From Basidiobolus meristosporus CBS 931.73 (taxonomy: Eukaryota > Fungi > Basidiobolomycota): 64,000 bases of DNA. Location: contig MCFE01000509.1 in assembly GCA_002104905.1 (NCBI GenBank), positions 896 through 64,895 of the forward strand, read 5' to 3'. Below are positions 27,815 to 40,500 of this stretch, in pieces. How positions within the stretch are numbered: the first letter of the stretch is position 1; every line of letters starts with the position of its first letter. The notes under the pieces are model-generated. The model was not told the origin of the DNA and made no database searches. It saw only the letters and a program-made list of their open reading frames with translations. A program made the position numbers and the translations under genes.

Positions 27815-28340
27815 CTAAATTTTGTAATTACACCTAAATATTCACCTATCTAAGTCATCTAGATCGTAGTCTACAAATCTTGGACAATATTGACCACACT
27901 CCTTGTTGGGACTTGGAAGATTCTCTCTGAAACATCATGTACCCATTACATGAACTTTCTCAAAGTCATCAAGACTATCACCTTAAGTCAGTCCAAGTAT
28001 TACCACAATAGACTCAAGAAGTGTCAAGTGGAAGACTGTAAACTGACAGCTACCCCTATAGAAACAGACCTATATCTGGTCAAAACTCAACTTGATCAAC
28101 CAAACTTGGTGTCATTTGAAACCCAGAATTTACCTACCAATCTGTAGTTGGCATCTTGATGCTGCCATGATAGGAACACTTAGGTATCATACAAAGAGTG
28201 GGACTTATCAGCCAGCAAAACCAGCACTATGGGTCTGATCATGCAACAGCAATCAGCCAGATTGTTGGATACCTGAAGGGAACTGCTGATACCTGCTTAA
28301 AGTACCCCATTAAGGACTTAGTGTAGAGTCTTCAGGATAC
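27815..28340 (+). mobile_element. Partial copia LTR plus RT fragment
   Basis: 27820-27900 matches the start of the 34952 LTR. ITLSQSKY..VEDCKLTATPIE matches ORF 1348-1680. Confidence 0.7.
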
Positions 28341-30499
28341 TCTGATCCAGATTGAGGACAAAGTTACATACGCAGGTTTATTATACGGAAGATTTACTTT
28401 TGATACAAAGTACCGATATTCTTCCACAATCACTTTTATAATGCAAGCCATAGTTGGTGGGCTACTCTGCATTAAAACTACACCATATGGTTCCTTGTTG
28501 ACAAGTATGTGATCACCAGCCAGTAGAGAAGTTTTGTAATTGTCTTTTAACAAATCTTGAGCTTTGAACTGCTATGTGAACGATATTGACTTCTTTTAGT
28601 GCTTTCATAGATGTGTAAATGTTTCAATATTAGCTCACAAAATATCCAGATAAAATGTACTCAGCTTTACTAGCGTGTTTGCACACAATGGATACCTATT
28701 GGTTCTTTATAAGCTTACAGCAACTTATTCTTCCATATTTCTCACTGGCGCAGAGAGTGTATTAGACAGTGCTAAGAGCATGGTTGAGTCTATTTAACTC
28801 CGGCTCGATGGTTAGATACTCAACTGACAATAGCTCCCTGGCATTGAGAGGTATGTGCTTTGTTCAACAATGCCAAAATGACTATTGTCAGCATCCATTA
28901 ATCTAGTGCAAAGAATCTCAGGGATGCCAGCAAAGATCAGAAGTAATGTATAAACTTCATTTTCAAAGTGCAACTCACGTATGTCAAATACTTTTTAACG
29001 TCTATTCAGTACAGTGATTTGTTCTATTATATCGTCAAGTCTAAATGTATTCAATAGGCTTCTTTCTATTATATTCTAGGTTTGTAGCAAGTTGACGCTT
29101 GTTTATTATTTCACATATACCAAGTATCAGAATCATCAGCAAAAGTAGATCATTAACTTGAATTTAGCGGTGCTGGTTAGGGTCAATTACCAAATAAAGA
29201 ATTGCTGGATAGTATGGTGAAAATCCCAATATCGACAGCTTTGAGATAAACTACATTACATGCTTGAACCGCAGGTCATTCAAGATATAATACTATGCTT
29301 TACTAAGAGTCGGCTCAGGCATTGAACTCATTTCAAAGCTTCAATCAGAGCATCACTTGTACGCTATACAAATGTTTGCGAGAGCGTCTCCGGGCGTGTC
29401 CCCGGATCCTCTTCGCGTAGTTAAAGCAATGTAGAGATTGCCGACACTCAATAGCTTTTGGCTTCTGTATTAACGACAAGATCTGCGACAGTGATAAAAA
29501 CAGTGGCACTGTGGAAGCAAGTCAGTCAAGTGCCTTAAACCGCGGGATGATTGTTTTGTAATGTCACTCATATATGATTAAGTCACACTTCTTACGGACT
29601 AAGCATGTAAAAATCCAACTCCACACTTGGGTCTAGATACGTCAGCCAAGCCGCAACAAGCGGCTGAGTTTGTTCCCCAAATCGTCCAACAATATAACCA
29701 AATCGATCTTTATCTCCAACACACTACTGAAGGCGCCGTTTATCGTGATAATTCCACAAAAATGAGTAAATAACGCTGTTTATTCTCAGCATAATGCAAT
29801 GCTATCAAATGCTAGTTTTCCATATCCCCGGTAAAAAATGACTCGATCGATTTATCTTTGGATGATCATTTTCGCAGGGTGATTAACTGCATTTGGATTA
29901 TTAACTTAATAATGGTGATACTTAAGCGTGGCTTACCTTGCTGATCAATGCGCGTTGGCTACTGGCAACACTTTCAACCTTGATAACAATCTTATTATAA
30001 GCGCTATATTTCACCGACTTTCTTTTGAGATTGTTCCACCATATTGACCAACCTAGATGTCATCAACAGCAGCATTCTCGAATACCCTCAGAAAGCTGAG
30101 TAAGGTCACCTGAACGAAGAGGCCAACCCAGGCGGATTTTTATTTGCTACAGAGGGCGAGCTACTTTGATATTGATAGTTGAAATGATTGGCATCGCTGA
30201 ATAATTGCCAATCTGATTTGCATGCCGAAGCTCCGAATAAGATACGGCTCTGGTAGCTGCAATATCAGTGGCCTTACTAAGAACGTGACCAGTAATGGAT
30301 ACCCCGCTAATACTCAGTATTTACGTGGATAATAGCAGTACTCCGGATGATAGGCTGCATATGAGGAGATACTGATTAACCAATTTTGTGAAGAATCTTG
30401 ATTTTACGATTCCTATGACGATTCCCGAGATCAGATGGACCAGATCATGACCTAACCCCAACTACCCAAAAGTTTAGAAAACGCATCATTTATAACGAG

Positions 30500-30881
30500 T
30501 TAATGACCACGTGCATATTGATTGTTGAGTAATATTTTATCTTGGGCAATGCGGTTGATTTTATCTGCTTTATTGTGTCTTCTGGCCGAAACATCAGTTA
30601 TCTTTGATGACCTTGTGAGGTGCATAGACCGGGGGCAAGGTAGGCCTTGCACAATCGGTGGTCTGTAAGTAAGCATCAGTTGTTGCGCGATGAGGCTGTT
30701 TGATTTGAATTCTTCTCTGTAGATTTTCCTGCTCCATTCGATGAATATTTGCAAGTAATTTGCCAACACGTGGATCCACGGAAGCAGACGACGGATCGTT
30801 CGACTCGGATCCTGGATGTTGAAAAGCCTCGATAGCACTGAAGAGTGCCACAGCAGCTATGAAAGCATTAGTAAACAGCAT
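30500..30881 (-). CDS. Putative small secreted protein, possibly frameshifted
   Basis: Signal peptide MLFTNAFIAAVALFSAIEA. Two overlapping frames (30594-30881 and 30500-30838) may represent one gene. Confidence 0.45.
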
Positions 30882-31407
30882 TGTTGAGAATTCTGAATGC
30901 GCTGAATCGCCGTTTTATATTGCTGTTCTGTGGGCGGATACAAACGTTCTGGGATACGCGTGATTTTCGTGACGAATCCATGGAATACTTTTTGGAACGA
31001 AGTATGTCAAATCTGAAGTGACAACTACTCGAAGAAGAGTGCCAGATTAGTCACATGGGATAAGCCTGGTTTCGCATGTTCAGGTGGAGATGGCATTTGG
31101 TAAGTGCCTGACCGCCTCACTCAAGCCACTGAAGATTTGTGTGGTGCCGTAGCAAGCTTTCACCGATATCTTTCACCACCATGTCAAAGTAGGAAGACGA
31201 TTCGTAGCACGTGAATTTTCAGCCATGTTGAGTGAGATGTGTCAAAGGAAATCGTGGCTGAAAAAGGCTAACTGCACCCGGCGCGTGCAGAGGCTGGGCA
31301 ATGGCACGTGTGTAGATAGACTGAGGATGGAAATGCGCAAGAGAAAAGCCAATAAACTGATGTATAAAAAGCCATAGTCGTCCCGGTAGTCAACCACTTT
31401 CATTATT

Positions 31408-32229
31408 ATGCTTAGCAAAATCCGCTCTCTAACCTTAGTCCTGGTGCTAGGGCTCCTTGTAGGATGTAACGCAATGTACAACTATCCTGACTTTCCGAAT
31501 TGGAACATAGGGCCAGTGAAGAGCTTTGAGTCCGATCTATTAATCCCTGACGGCATGGCCCCTCCGACCACCTACTGGAACCCTGCAGGGTTTGGGACTG
31601 GCTATTTTGGGTTTCAGACGTTGGATACTTCCGAGGACAGGGTGCTTATCTTCTCCGTATGGAATCTCAAGAACACCACGACCGAAGTCATCAAGATGGG
31701 CGAGAATGTCTGGCACACACCCTTCTATGAGTTGGGGGGCTGGGGTACTCATGCCTTTATGAACTACCATTGGCAAACAGGTGTCACATACCGCGTGAAA
31801 ATCGAAGCCGAATGGGTTGGCAACGATACCGTCTTCACCGCCTCGTTTAGGGTGAATGATCAATGGCACTTTTTTGCCAGTATCAAAGGCATTGGCTTTG
31901 GCAATTATGGTCTCAATTACGACACTGGAATCTTCCAGTTCCTGGAGGATTATGGTGGCACTGTTAACCAAACACGAAAGGGTATCTATAGCAGACAGTG
32001 CTATCGCATTGAAGGAAGTGATTTTTGCTATCCCAACTGGGGCGGCTACATCGCTCAAGCCTGCTGCATTCCTTGCTGGGGCGCCGGCGTAATCCCGTCT
32101 GGAGAAGGTACTTACCTGGCCTTTGATGGAAATCCAGTAGGGACCGAGGATTGCAATCATGTAGTAAATACTTGGCTTAACTATAATCACTGTGCTATGG
32201 ATGAATATAGTCATGCAATTAATGCTTAA
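31408..32229 (+). CDS. Intact, intronless secreted protein, DUF3472-like (273 aa)
   Basis: Signal peptide, then TYW...GF.TGYFGFQ...RVLIFSVW...G.GTH....W.TGVTY...FLEDYGG..R, a pattern I recognise as DUF3472. TATAAAA lies ~45 nt upstream and the ORF keeps its CpGs. Confidence 0.7.
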   Translation: MLSKIRSLTLVLVLGLLVGCNAMYNYPDFPNWNIGPVKSFESDLLIPDGMAPPTTYWNPAGFGTGYFGFQTLDTSEDRVLIFSVWNLKNTTTEVIKMGENVWHTPFYELGGWGTHAFMNYHWQTGVTYRVKIEAEWVGNDTVFTASFRVNDQWHFFASIKGIGFGNYGLNYDTGIFQFLEDYGGTVNQTRKGIYSRQCYRIEGSDFCYPNWGGYIAQACCIPCWGAGVIPSGEGTYLAFDGNPVGTEDCNHVVNTWLNYNHCAMDEYSHAINA

Positions 32230-34951
32230 GTGGTGCACTTCATGAATAAAATCAACGCTTTAGTGCTTGCACAAGCACTCCCCTCAAATTCTCAAAAGAG
32301 TACGTCTAGCCATTATTTGTATGTAACAAATCTTTGAATGGAGCATGAAGACCTTGGTGATTCCTATGCAGATCCGTATATTCATCGCTATCCTATGCCG
32401 TGTTTGGCACTAACACAGTGAGATACCATCCCACTTATCTTTTGGTAAAGTAGGCCATGGATTAGTTGAAATGGGTAGCTACAAAAAGAGTGTGAGACAA
32501 ACATTTAGCTTATATTTACTATGTACTCTTGTTGTACTCGGTGCTAGGTCACTCCAGACTGGAGATGTGTCTTATAGCATGAAAAGTGCATATATCTTTG
32601 TGTTTCCCTTAGTGTAACTCATTGTCTCCTGAAACACATTGGACCCAGAATACAGCAGCTCAGCTCACTAGGTTGTTAAGTACAACATAAGCACAATACC
32701 TTTGCCAGCAAAATACACTATATGAATGATATTTCGTATATTTGCCAAAGTTGTTGCATTCACAAATAAGCGCAATTTGGGTCCTGAGGTTAGTAATGAT
32801 GGATATATAAGCCAATGACTTGGCCACATCCACATACTTCAAGGGACACTCAAGATTCATGCTAGTGCCAAATATGTCTCTTGGGAGCTCAACAACAATA
32901 AAATCTGCTATTGTATCTCCAAAGAGCTTTGAAAAAGTAAAGTATACCTATGCAATTAAGTTGCAGTTTTTGATGCACAGAGATTTCAAGCCTCTCAAGG
33001 TGAGCTAGAAACTAGGGAATTTTCTGATCATGTTTATATAAAGTAGAACCAAAGTTAATATTAGGACATTTTGCCAAGTCTTGAAAAACTAGCTTGTAAC
33101 TAACCAGAGAGGTTTAGGTTTCTATATACACACCAAGAAGTGTAGACTTCATTTGTATCATAAAAAGTGCAACTAAAAGCTATAAGTTTTCTTGATAATG
33201 GCTCCAAGATAAATTCTTGCAATAGATCCGCAGAGATAATATAAACTGCAATAAACCACAACTTTACTGCCAAGGGTGGTGTTTTGCTGGGGGTGGTGTG
33301 CATTGTTGCAGTCTTGGTGTGCTTCACAACCAAGGAAGCTTTTATTACCACCATATCATGGCCTCCTGGTGCAATGTAGGTTATTACTGACTGTACTTTG
33401 TAAGTGGGAGAGCTTGTAGGTCAAGTCAGTACCACTTGGTTGAGAATAGCTTCCAATAGAAGGTAGCAAGGTAATAAAGACTTGTGTTTATTCTGTCCAA
33501 ATCTTCCTGTCCTCTCATTTGGCTCAATTGGGTAGATATAAATATATCACTTGGGGGGCTTAGATAACTGACAATATGTTATAAAATAGGGTGTGAACAC
33601 CTTCCTGTTATGGTAAGTGTTCTAACTTGATAAGGGCAGGTATAGGATGGAGGACACATGGGGGATCAAAGGGAGGATACTGGGGACTTTGGGTAGGACT
33701 CTGGGAGAACTCTTGGGCAAAGAGTGGTTACTATATTTAGTACTCACATGCAATACTTGCAAAATTCCTACATACCTTGCATTGCCAGTAAAGTTTGTAT
33801 TGTACACATGTACCTCTAGTTGCCTCCACTTGGACCCTGCATATTCTTCAAGAGCAGAAATTGGGAAAAGGCCCGCAGAACACCATTGTTGTGCATCAAC
33901 ATTTAAAACCTAGCCAATTTCACTTCATTAGAAAATCTAGTACCCTAACTGATTATCCCTAACCCAAATATAACTAATCCCAATTATGGTTTATTTCATC
34001 ACTTCTAAGCTCCAAGTTCTCAAAACCAGCTGCCTGAATATTTCAGGTACTGGCTGCTGGGCAGGGAAGTTGTAGTAGTTTCCAGCAGGAGACAAGGCTA
34101 GCTAGCTTTTGTGCCAGAGTTGGTTGATAGCTGCTCATTACTTCCATCAAGATTATGCCTGAAAACCTGTTGGACAAACACCAGCTGAATACCAGCAAAC
34201 TATCATTGAACACCCTTTGAAAACTATATGAAGTACCAGTTTGAAGCTTTTCACAAAGGTATTGAAGCTGGCATGCACCTAAGAGTTACCTGACATGTTT
34301 GGTTAAGAATTACTTAACAAAAGTTATTTGCTTGTTGTGCCAACCATGGTCTTACCTTACCAAGCAAAATACTCATATATTTGGGCTCTTGAACTACTTG
34401 ATGCCAGAGGAACATATGCTCCCATGAGCACATTTATGCTAATTTTGCATCAACTCTTCTTGAAGTTCCTCCATATGCTGCTCCCCAGATATAAGACAGA
34501 CTTACAACTTAGTACTTCTAACAGAACTTGGATGTGGCAGGCTTGCAAACCGCTCTTTTTACACTGTCCTTCAGTAGCTACTTCTTAAGAAACTCCCAAA
34601 ATGTTAGCATATTTCTAAGCTCCCTAAGTATCAAGGAAGATAAGGTAGAGAATGAATTCAATTGCAGCAGGGACCTATAAGTATGTTCTTATGAATGCAG
34701 TAAAGTTTCTCAGTCTTATTGCAATCCCCTAGCTTGGAAGCTATAGATACATAGGATTGGGATTGGTGAGCTGCTTCTGGGCAGATACTTAGAAGTTGTG
34801 CTGGCAAGCAGTTGCATAAAGCATTTTCAGCTCATCCAATCCTGACATTTTTATTGTGGCATATGCATATGAAGTCACAGCATATCTTGAAGCATCCATT
34901 TGTGAAGTAGTGTTGTCATTTGTGATAAAGGAAAGCAACTGGAGCATAAAC

Positions 34952-35300
34952 TGTTGTAAAAATTCGTATTTCCACCTAAATATTCACCTAACTTAGTCAC
35001 TTAGATCATCACCTTCAAATCCTAGAGAATATTGACCAAATTCCTTGTCGGGATTTACTTAGAATATTTTCACCAAAATACCAGGCACCCAGAACATGAA
35101 AATTCTCAAAGTTGTCCAAACAGCCCCAAACTTTGCACACATGTTCTTGGGACCTTCCTTAACCTATTCTACGTGTTTGTAATGCCAAGACCAGGTAAAA
35201 GTATAAATACTACTTTTACATTCAATAAATCATTAAGTGAAAACCACATAATCTACTTGTTCTCCCAATCACTTCCAATATCTCCAAGACTCTTACAACA
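34952..35300 (+). mobile_element. Solo LTR of the copia family (349 bp)
   Basis: TGTTGTAA...TTACAACA termini, with flanks TAAAC and CAAAC (a 5-bp TSD with one C/T difference). It is the reverse complement of 10048-10396. Confidence 0.9.
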
Positions 35301-36460
35301 CAAACACCAACAGAAGTCTTCAGCATTTTAAATCCATGCAAACTATACTTTGGGAGTGAGCAAAGTGACTTGCTAACAAACAACAGTTGTTGCAATTGAT
35401 ATTGTATAAAGAAATGACTCATTGCTAGAAGTAAATAACAAATGTGGGTATTGCTCTGATATCTACAGCTACTATGTGGTGTATCTTTGGCCAAATTTAC
35501 ATATAGCACCACAAACCTGTCCTTCTGTGTGCAACAGGATAGCATAATTACCATGTAGCAGCTAATTATATTACTGAAAACATCATGTCACCTATTTATA
35601 CTCTCTCTGCTCACTGGGTGAGTTTACTGCTTTGTGGATACCACATACACTTCAAAGAATATACATACACAAATTAATAAAGCATAGCTGAGAGTAACAA
35701 TTATATGCTTACTGCTCTAACATTGTCAGTTCCTGGACATAGTACTCTTGGCCAGAACACTGACCCTGAGAGAAAAATTGAGAAAAGGCCAGCAGAGAAC
35801 CATTATAATGTCAGTTGAATTTCAAGTTTCTCAAAAACAACAACTCTCAGTATCCAGGGTACTGGCTGTTGAGCACACCAGCATAAGTATTTTCCTGGAG
35901 TAGACCAGGCCAATTTGCATTCAATCCAAGCCTGGTATTTAGTTGATCACCACTTGTGCCAAAAAATTCCTACAAAGAATTTGAGGAAACAACATAAGCT
36001 AAATACCAGCAAAATACTGTTAGAATGCTAGTAGTGCACCAGCTGAAAATCAGATGAATTCAAATTTGAGATTTCTTATAGGAGATCTGCAAGTGTAGCC
36101 ACTAGAAGTACTCAAGAAGCTTTTTAGATTACTATGGGCTTGGCATGAAGGAGTAATTCTAGCTTGAAAGCTAGGGCTGTCTATGGGAAATGTAACTCTG
36201 ATAGAATTTGCAACATTCCTGACTACTATTGTAAGGAGGTAATAGACATGTTCTGTTAGATAGTGCTACTTGGGCTGTGAGTGCCAAATAGTACCATAGT
36301 GTGGCAGAGAGGTATAGCAGGCCTTCACTTGGTCATCTTCATGCCATGCAGCCCCTGTGTTTTACCTACAGAGTTTGAGAAAATACAATTTTGGACCTTC
36401 TTTTGTGCTCGCTATTGTGAATGATGTGTAAAAGCACAGAAAGACTGAATATATGGACTT

Positions 36461-36707
36461 GGCACTCAATACCCAAAGCAATCTAAATCTTGCAGCCAGG
36501 ACCTGTAGCATGTGTCAAAAATGCATGGCACTATTGTGGTCCACTTTAACTATCAGGCACTCAACTCAAGTATTAGCCTTAAAGTACAACCCATATGTAG
36601 AACTAGTAGTACCAGAGAGCACCAGTGGACCAAGATGGTGCCAAGCATTTTTGTACATATTATAAGTCTCTACTGCTATATTCTGAGTGCCTTGGATATT
36701 GTGTACC
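36461..36707. mobile_element. Foldback/MITE-like element (same family as 14799-15015)
   Basis: AAAAATGCATGGCACTATTGTGGTCCACT pairs with AGTGGACCAAGATGGTGCCAAGCATTTTT. Confidence 0.65.
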
Positions 36708-39192
36708 AAAAGCACATCCTGGGTGTTTCTGTCCTTTTACATGTTGTGCACAGAATTGGTCTAAAAAAAAGGTCAAAAAATAGACTCTCATCAGCATGGT
36801 GGGTGAAGTACAGGGTCTACTTTGCATGAAAAGGTAGAACCACATTTTACAGTTTGTGACCAAGTGTAATCCTGCCATACCTCTCTGGCACACCATGGCA
36901 CCAATTGGTATTCATGGCTCAGTCTGGCACTATCAGATGGAACAAGTCTGAGATATTAATGATATTGAACAGCTTAGCATTGGGATGTCTTTACTGCACT
37001 AATGCACATACTGATCTTAATAACTGTGATGCAAACATAGCATAAAAGATACACCATCATTATATAGTAAAATTGGTCTGTTGGTGGCCTATAACATGGA
37101 TGTGCAAAATCAAATGACTTTCCAGCAATATGAGTCAGCTATCTAAGAAACTCATATTTGTTGCATAAGCTACACTTGTATACAACCATATACTCTGAGA
37201 GAATCTGCATTTAATACACTGCCCCAGGCTAAGTCAACAATCACTCATGATGCACAAGTCAGACAGTGGAAAAAGAAAGTTAATGTGCAACAGCCCATCT
37301 AGTGATATGCAACCACTTGCATGTATTTGCCATATTATTGGCATAGTGATATGCTTTGCTGCCTAGTAAAAAGGAGTGTACAGTAACAGAAAGGGAATAT
37401 CAATTAGCCCTAAGTAATCAATGCTATCAGGATATCCCTACCTAATTATGCTTGCTTTGCTGCCTTTATTTGTTACCTTTCAGGTTATCTGATTGGCCTT
37501 CTTAGTAGTTGATGTGAGTATACATAAGACTCTGAAGGTGGCAAGATAACTGAAAGAAACATCAAATGCATACAATGCTGCAGGTTTGTAGGTACTTTCA
37601 TAGATGTCAATGGAGCCATTTTGGACAAGAAATAGAAGCAAGGTTACTGCCACGCATCCTGAATGTTTCAGTGACTGCATTGATACATCAGGTAAACTCC
37701 ACACTTTCCATCATAAGATGAGCTACGGAGAGCGGTGTCAAATACTCTTCTTCCAGATTGAGCGTTTTCTTTGGCGCATCTTCCAACCCATTGACCATAG
37801 TTATTGATGTAGTATACAGCAATGGAATACATATTTATAAGAGAATACTGGAGTGAGGACTTCACCTGAAAATATCATTGAAACAATGTCAGTGGTACCC
37901 TATGCCCCGGCACAGATAGCTATTGCCCGAAATCATTACGCAGGAGTGTAACCATACAGTCATTCCTGAGGTATGTGAGTGTGACACGGATCTACTAAGG
38001 AGCAGTGATGGTAGCTTAAAGCGATGATAATACATGTTAAAGCATTGCAATAAATAACCTTAGTACCATATTCTCTATCTGACTATGTTGCCGACAACCA
38101 AATGTGGAGTGCCCCTATTCCTTTGGTGTCTGCCATGGATTGATAGTGAGGGTAGGGTAGTCGTGCAAATACTAAACGAGATAATCCCTAGTAAGTTGCT
38201 GTTTCCGCACGGGAAGTTCCATGCCAACTTGCTCCTCTCCCGCAGCAATCTTTGTTACAACCGCAAATATCCTTACCGCCTTTTTGCTTGGTAACCCCAC
38301 AGACTAGGTTTAAGTTCTCCCAGCTTTTTCTGTCAAGAGTTTGCAAGCATCAAAGCACTGGCTAAGAGGATATCTTGAGTAGACACTCCTCTACGGCCTT
38401 TATATTCGTTATTATACCTTCTTGGTTTGCAAGTCACACAACATGCAACTTCAATATTAATCACGTTTGGGAAGAACCCAGGGATGATTTAAACAGTCTA
38501 GTTCATCCGGTATAAAGTAGCACTTTTCTTGGATTGGATTCATTACTAAGCCGTATCTCTTACATTTGTGCATCGATAACAACAGTGTCTTGAACGACCA
38601 TTACTCAGTATCATCTAGACAATTGCTCCGTTTCCAACTGGCTTATTGACCATTACATAGGAAAAGATCTATGTACTTCGTCTTTGAGGCATCCATTGAA
38701 TTTCAGTTTAATTTAGTCTGCCAAACCCGGGATTTTGTATTTATTGATCGTAAATTCAATTGCCATATCTTCATTATGAAAAGACACTGGCGGGTAACGA
38801 CAAAACAATAGGTAAAGATACTTTATGATGCTTGCTTTGAGTGATGGTAGTACTTCAAGAATATATTCCAAGTGTTAAGAATCAAGAGTAAGCGGGGAAG
38901 GATCGGAGGATATTCAATAAGAATCGGAGATTATCTGAATGGTTGATGAACCGGTAAAAGGTTGATGCTTTATTGATAGTGTTCAAAGGAGTTTATATAG
39001 AGATAGCCTCGGGAGGAGAGCTTCTGATAACGTAGGGCAAGCTTCTAAAAGGAGGGTTCAAGATGTATTAAATAACGTGTGTATCACTGAGTGCAATTGA
39101 TTGTCTGTGTGCAATTCCAGGTGTTCGATCAGTAGTGTTCAAGTGATCGGTAGTGACTAGTTAGGATTTAAATCATAACACATGAACAAGCT

Positions 39193-39274
39193 GGTGAGGT
39201 GGCCGAGTGGTCTAAGGCGCTGCGTTCAGGTCGCAGTCTCTTCGGAGGCGTGGGTTCGAACCCCACCCTCATCA
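39193..39274 (+). tRNA. trnL-CAG: tRNA-Leu (anticodon CAG), 82 nt, intronless
   Basis: Acceptor stem GGTGAGG/CCTCATC with discriminator A, D-arm GCC-GAGTGGTCTAA-GGC, anticodon stem CTGCG-TTCAGGT-CGCAG, a long variable arm, and T-arm GTGGG-TTCGAAC-CCCAC. Confidence 0.97.
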
Positions 39275-39641
39275 TCCATTTTACTCTTAGCTTGCACAAA
39301 AATGATAAGAGGAAATATCACAATGCTAACAGCCACTGGGCAGTCTGTCAATCTCGAATTTTTGTGTTACCAAAGTCAATCCGGTAACCCTGCCAGATGT
39401 TCTCTCTAATATCATACTTTTCGGTGGAGGGCAGCATTACTAAAGACTGAGGGTGAGTATCTTAGTACGTAAGCGAATATCTAATATTAATGCCCGCAGC
39501 TCTGATCATGATACAGGTGCGTGCAAGTAAAAAGCTAATCACAACTAACAAGTGTAAGAATGTCATTTGAATTTTATTGATTGAAAATTTTCAGTTGTAG
39601 CGTGGTGATGACTACCTACATTTTCAGCTCATGTCATCGCA

Positions 39642-40139
39642 CTAATTGTATTGAACGTTTTGCTCTGGACAATCTTCAACGCATTGCATCTCTGCCACAG
39701 GGGTTGTGTATTGTATATCTCGGGTGGGCTGCATCAGGACGTAGGGAGAGAAAGAACTATCTTCCAAGTGTTCCGCTCCCTTTTGCTTAGCATATTCTAA
39801 TGCATTGACCCCACCCTCCAGTTCGAGACTGGGTCCTGCTTGATACTTGACATTGAAGCCTTTGTTGCTGTTGGCGTTAGCAATGTTCAGGTTATCGTGC
39901 TTTCTGGTCACCGTGGTGAAAACCTGGCGCAATAATGGGGATTGGACATTCGTCGTCTTAACGACAGGCAAAACTCGAGCGTTTTGGTAGCAATCGCTCG
40001 CATACTGTGTACATGGTAAGCTGCGATAATGCACCCCTCTATACTCGCGAGTGCATGGAGAAGAACAGCCGATTGGGGCAGCAACGGCAACTTGAAGAGC
40101 GGCAAGGCCTAGAATCACTGCTATGGTAGTAGAGCGCAT
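39642..40139 (-). CDS. Secreted family B protein (165 aa, intact)
   Basis: Signal peptide MRSTTIAVILGLAALQVAVA|AP, a Cys-containing N-terminal part, and four paralogues in this window. Confidence 0.75.
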   Translation of the reverse strand: MRSTTIAVILGLAALQVAVAAPIGCSSPCTREYRGVHYRSLPCTQYASDCYQNARVLPVVKTTNVQSPLLRQVFTTVTRKHDNLNIANANSNKGFNVKYQAGPSLELEGGVNALEYAKQKGAEHLEDSSFSPYVLMQPTRDIQYTTPVAEMQCVEDCPEQNVQYN

Positions 40140-40500
40140 GCTGAAGAATAGCTGAGAAATAAGTTAGTTGCATACGACGCTATATAGCATGGGAGGCTAT
40201 ATAATAAGGTTAAACTGAGGGCATAAAGTAAGTATTATTAGATACATTCTGTTATGGACTTTATTGAGGAAACCTGTAACATATAAAACACATGCGCTGG
40301 AATGACAGCCTCTGTATATATTATATGGTTCTATCACCACTGCCCATAATTCTCTTCAATACAAATTATGCCACTATTTACAACGATAAGGAACGCTATT
40401 TCTGCGTGTGCATATCAGTAAATTCTTGAATACTTGTACATCATCAGTATGCCTAGTAATATATTGCTCATTTTATTTCGTAAATTTGCTTTTACTGGAC

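Noticed and set aside
28332-28553. LLAGDHILVNKEPYG resembling signal peptidase I
   Set aside because: No catalytic Ser or Lys boxes nearby; too short to support a call.
31540-32238. 232-aa minus-strand ORF
   Set aside because: Antisense shadow of the DUF3472-like gene, with no motifs of its own.
33000-33450. Possible Tc1/mariner transposase remnant
   Set aside because: No convincing DDE motifs in any frame.
39182-39409. ORFs overlapping the tRNA
   Set aside because: Incidental frames across a structural RNA gene.
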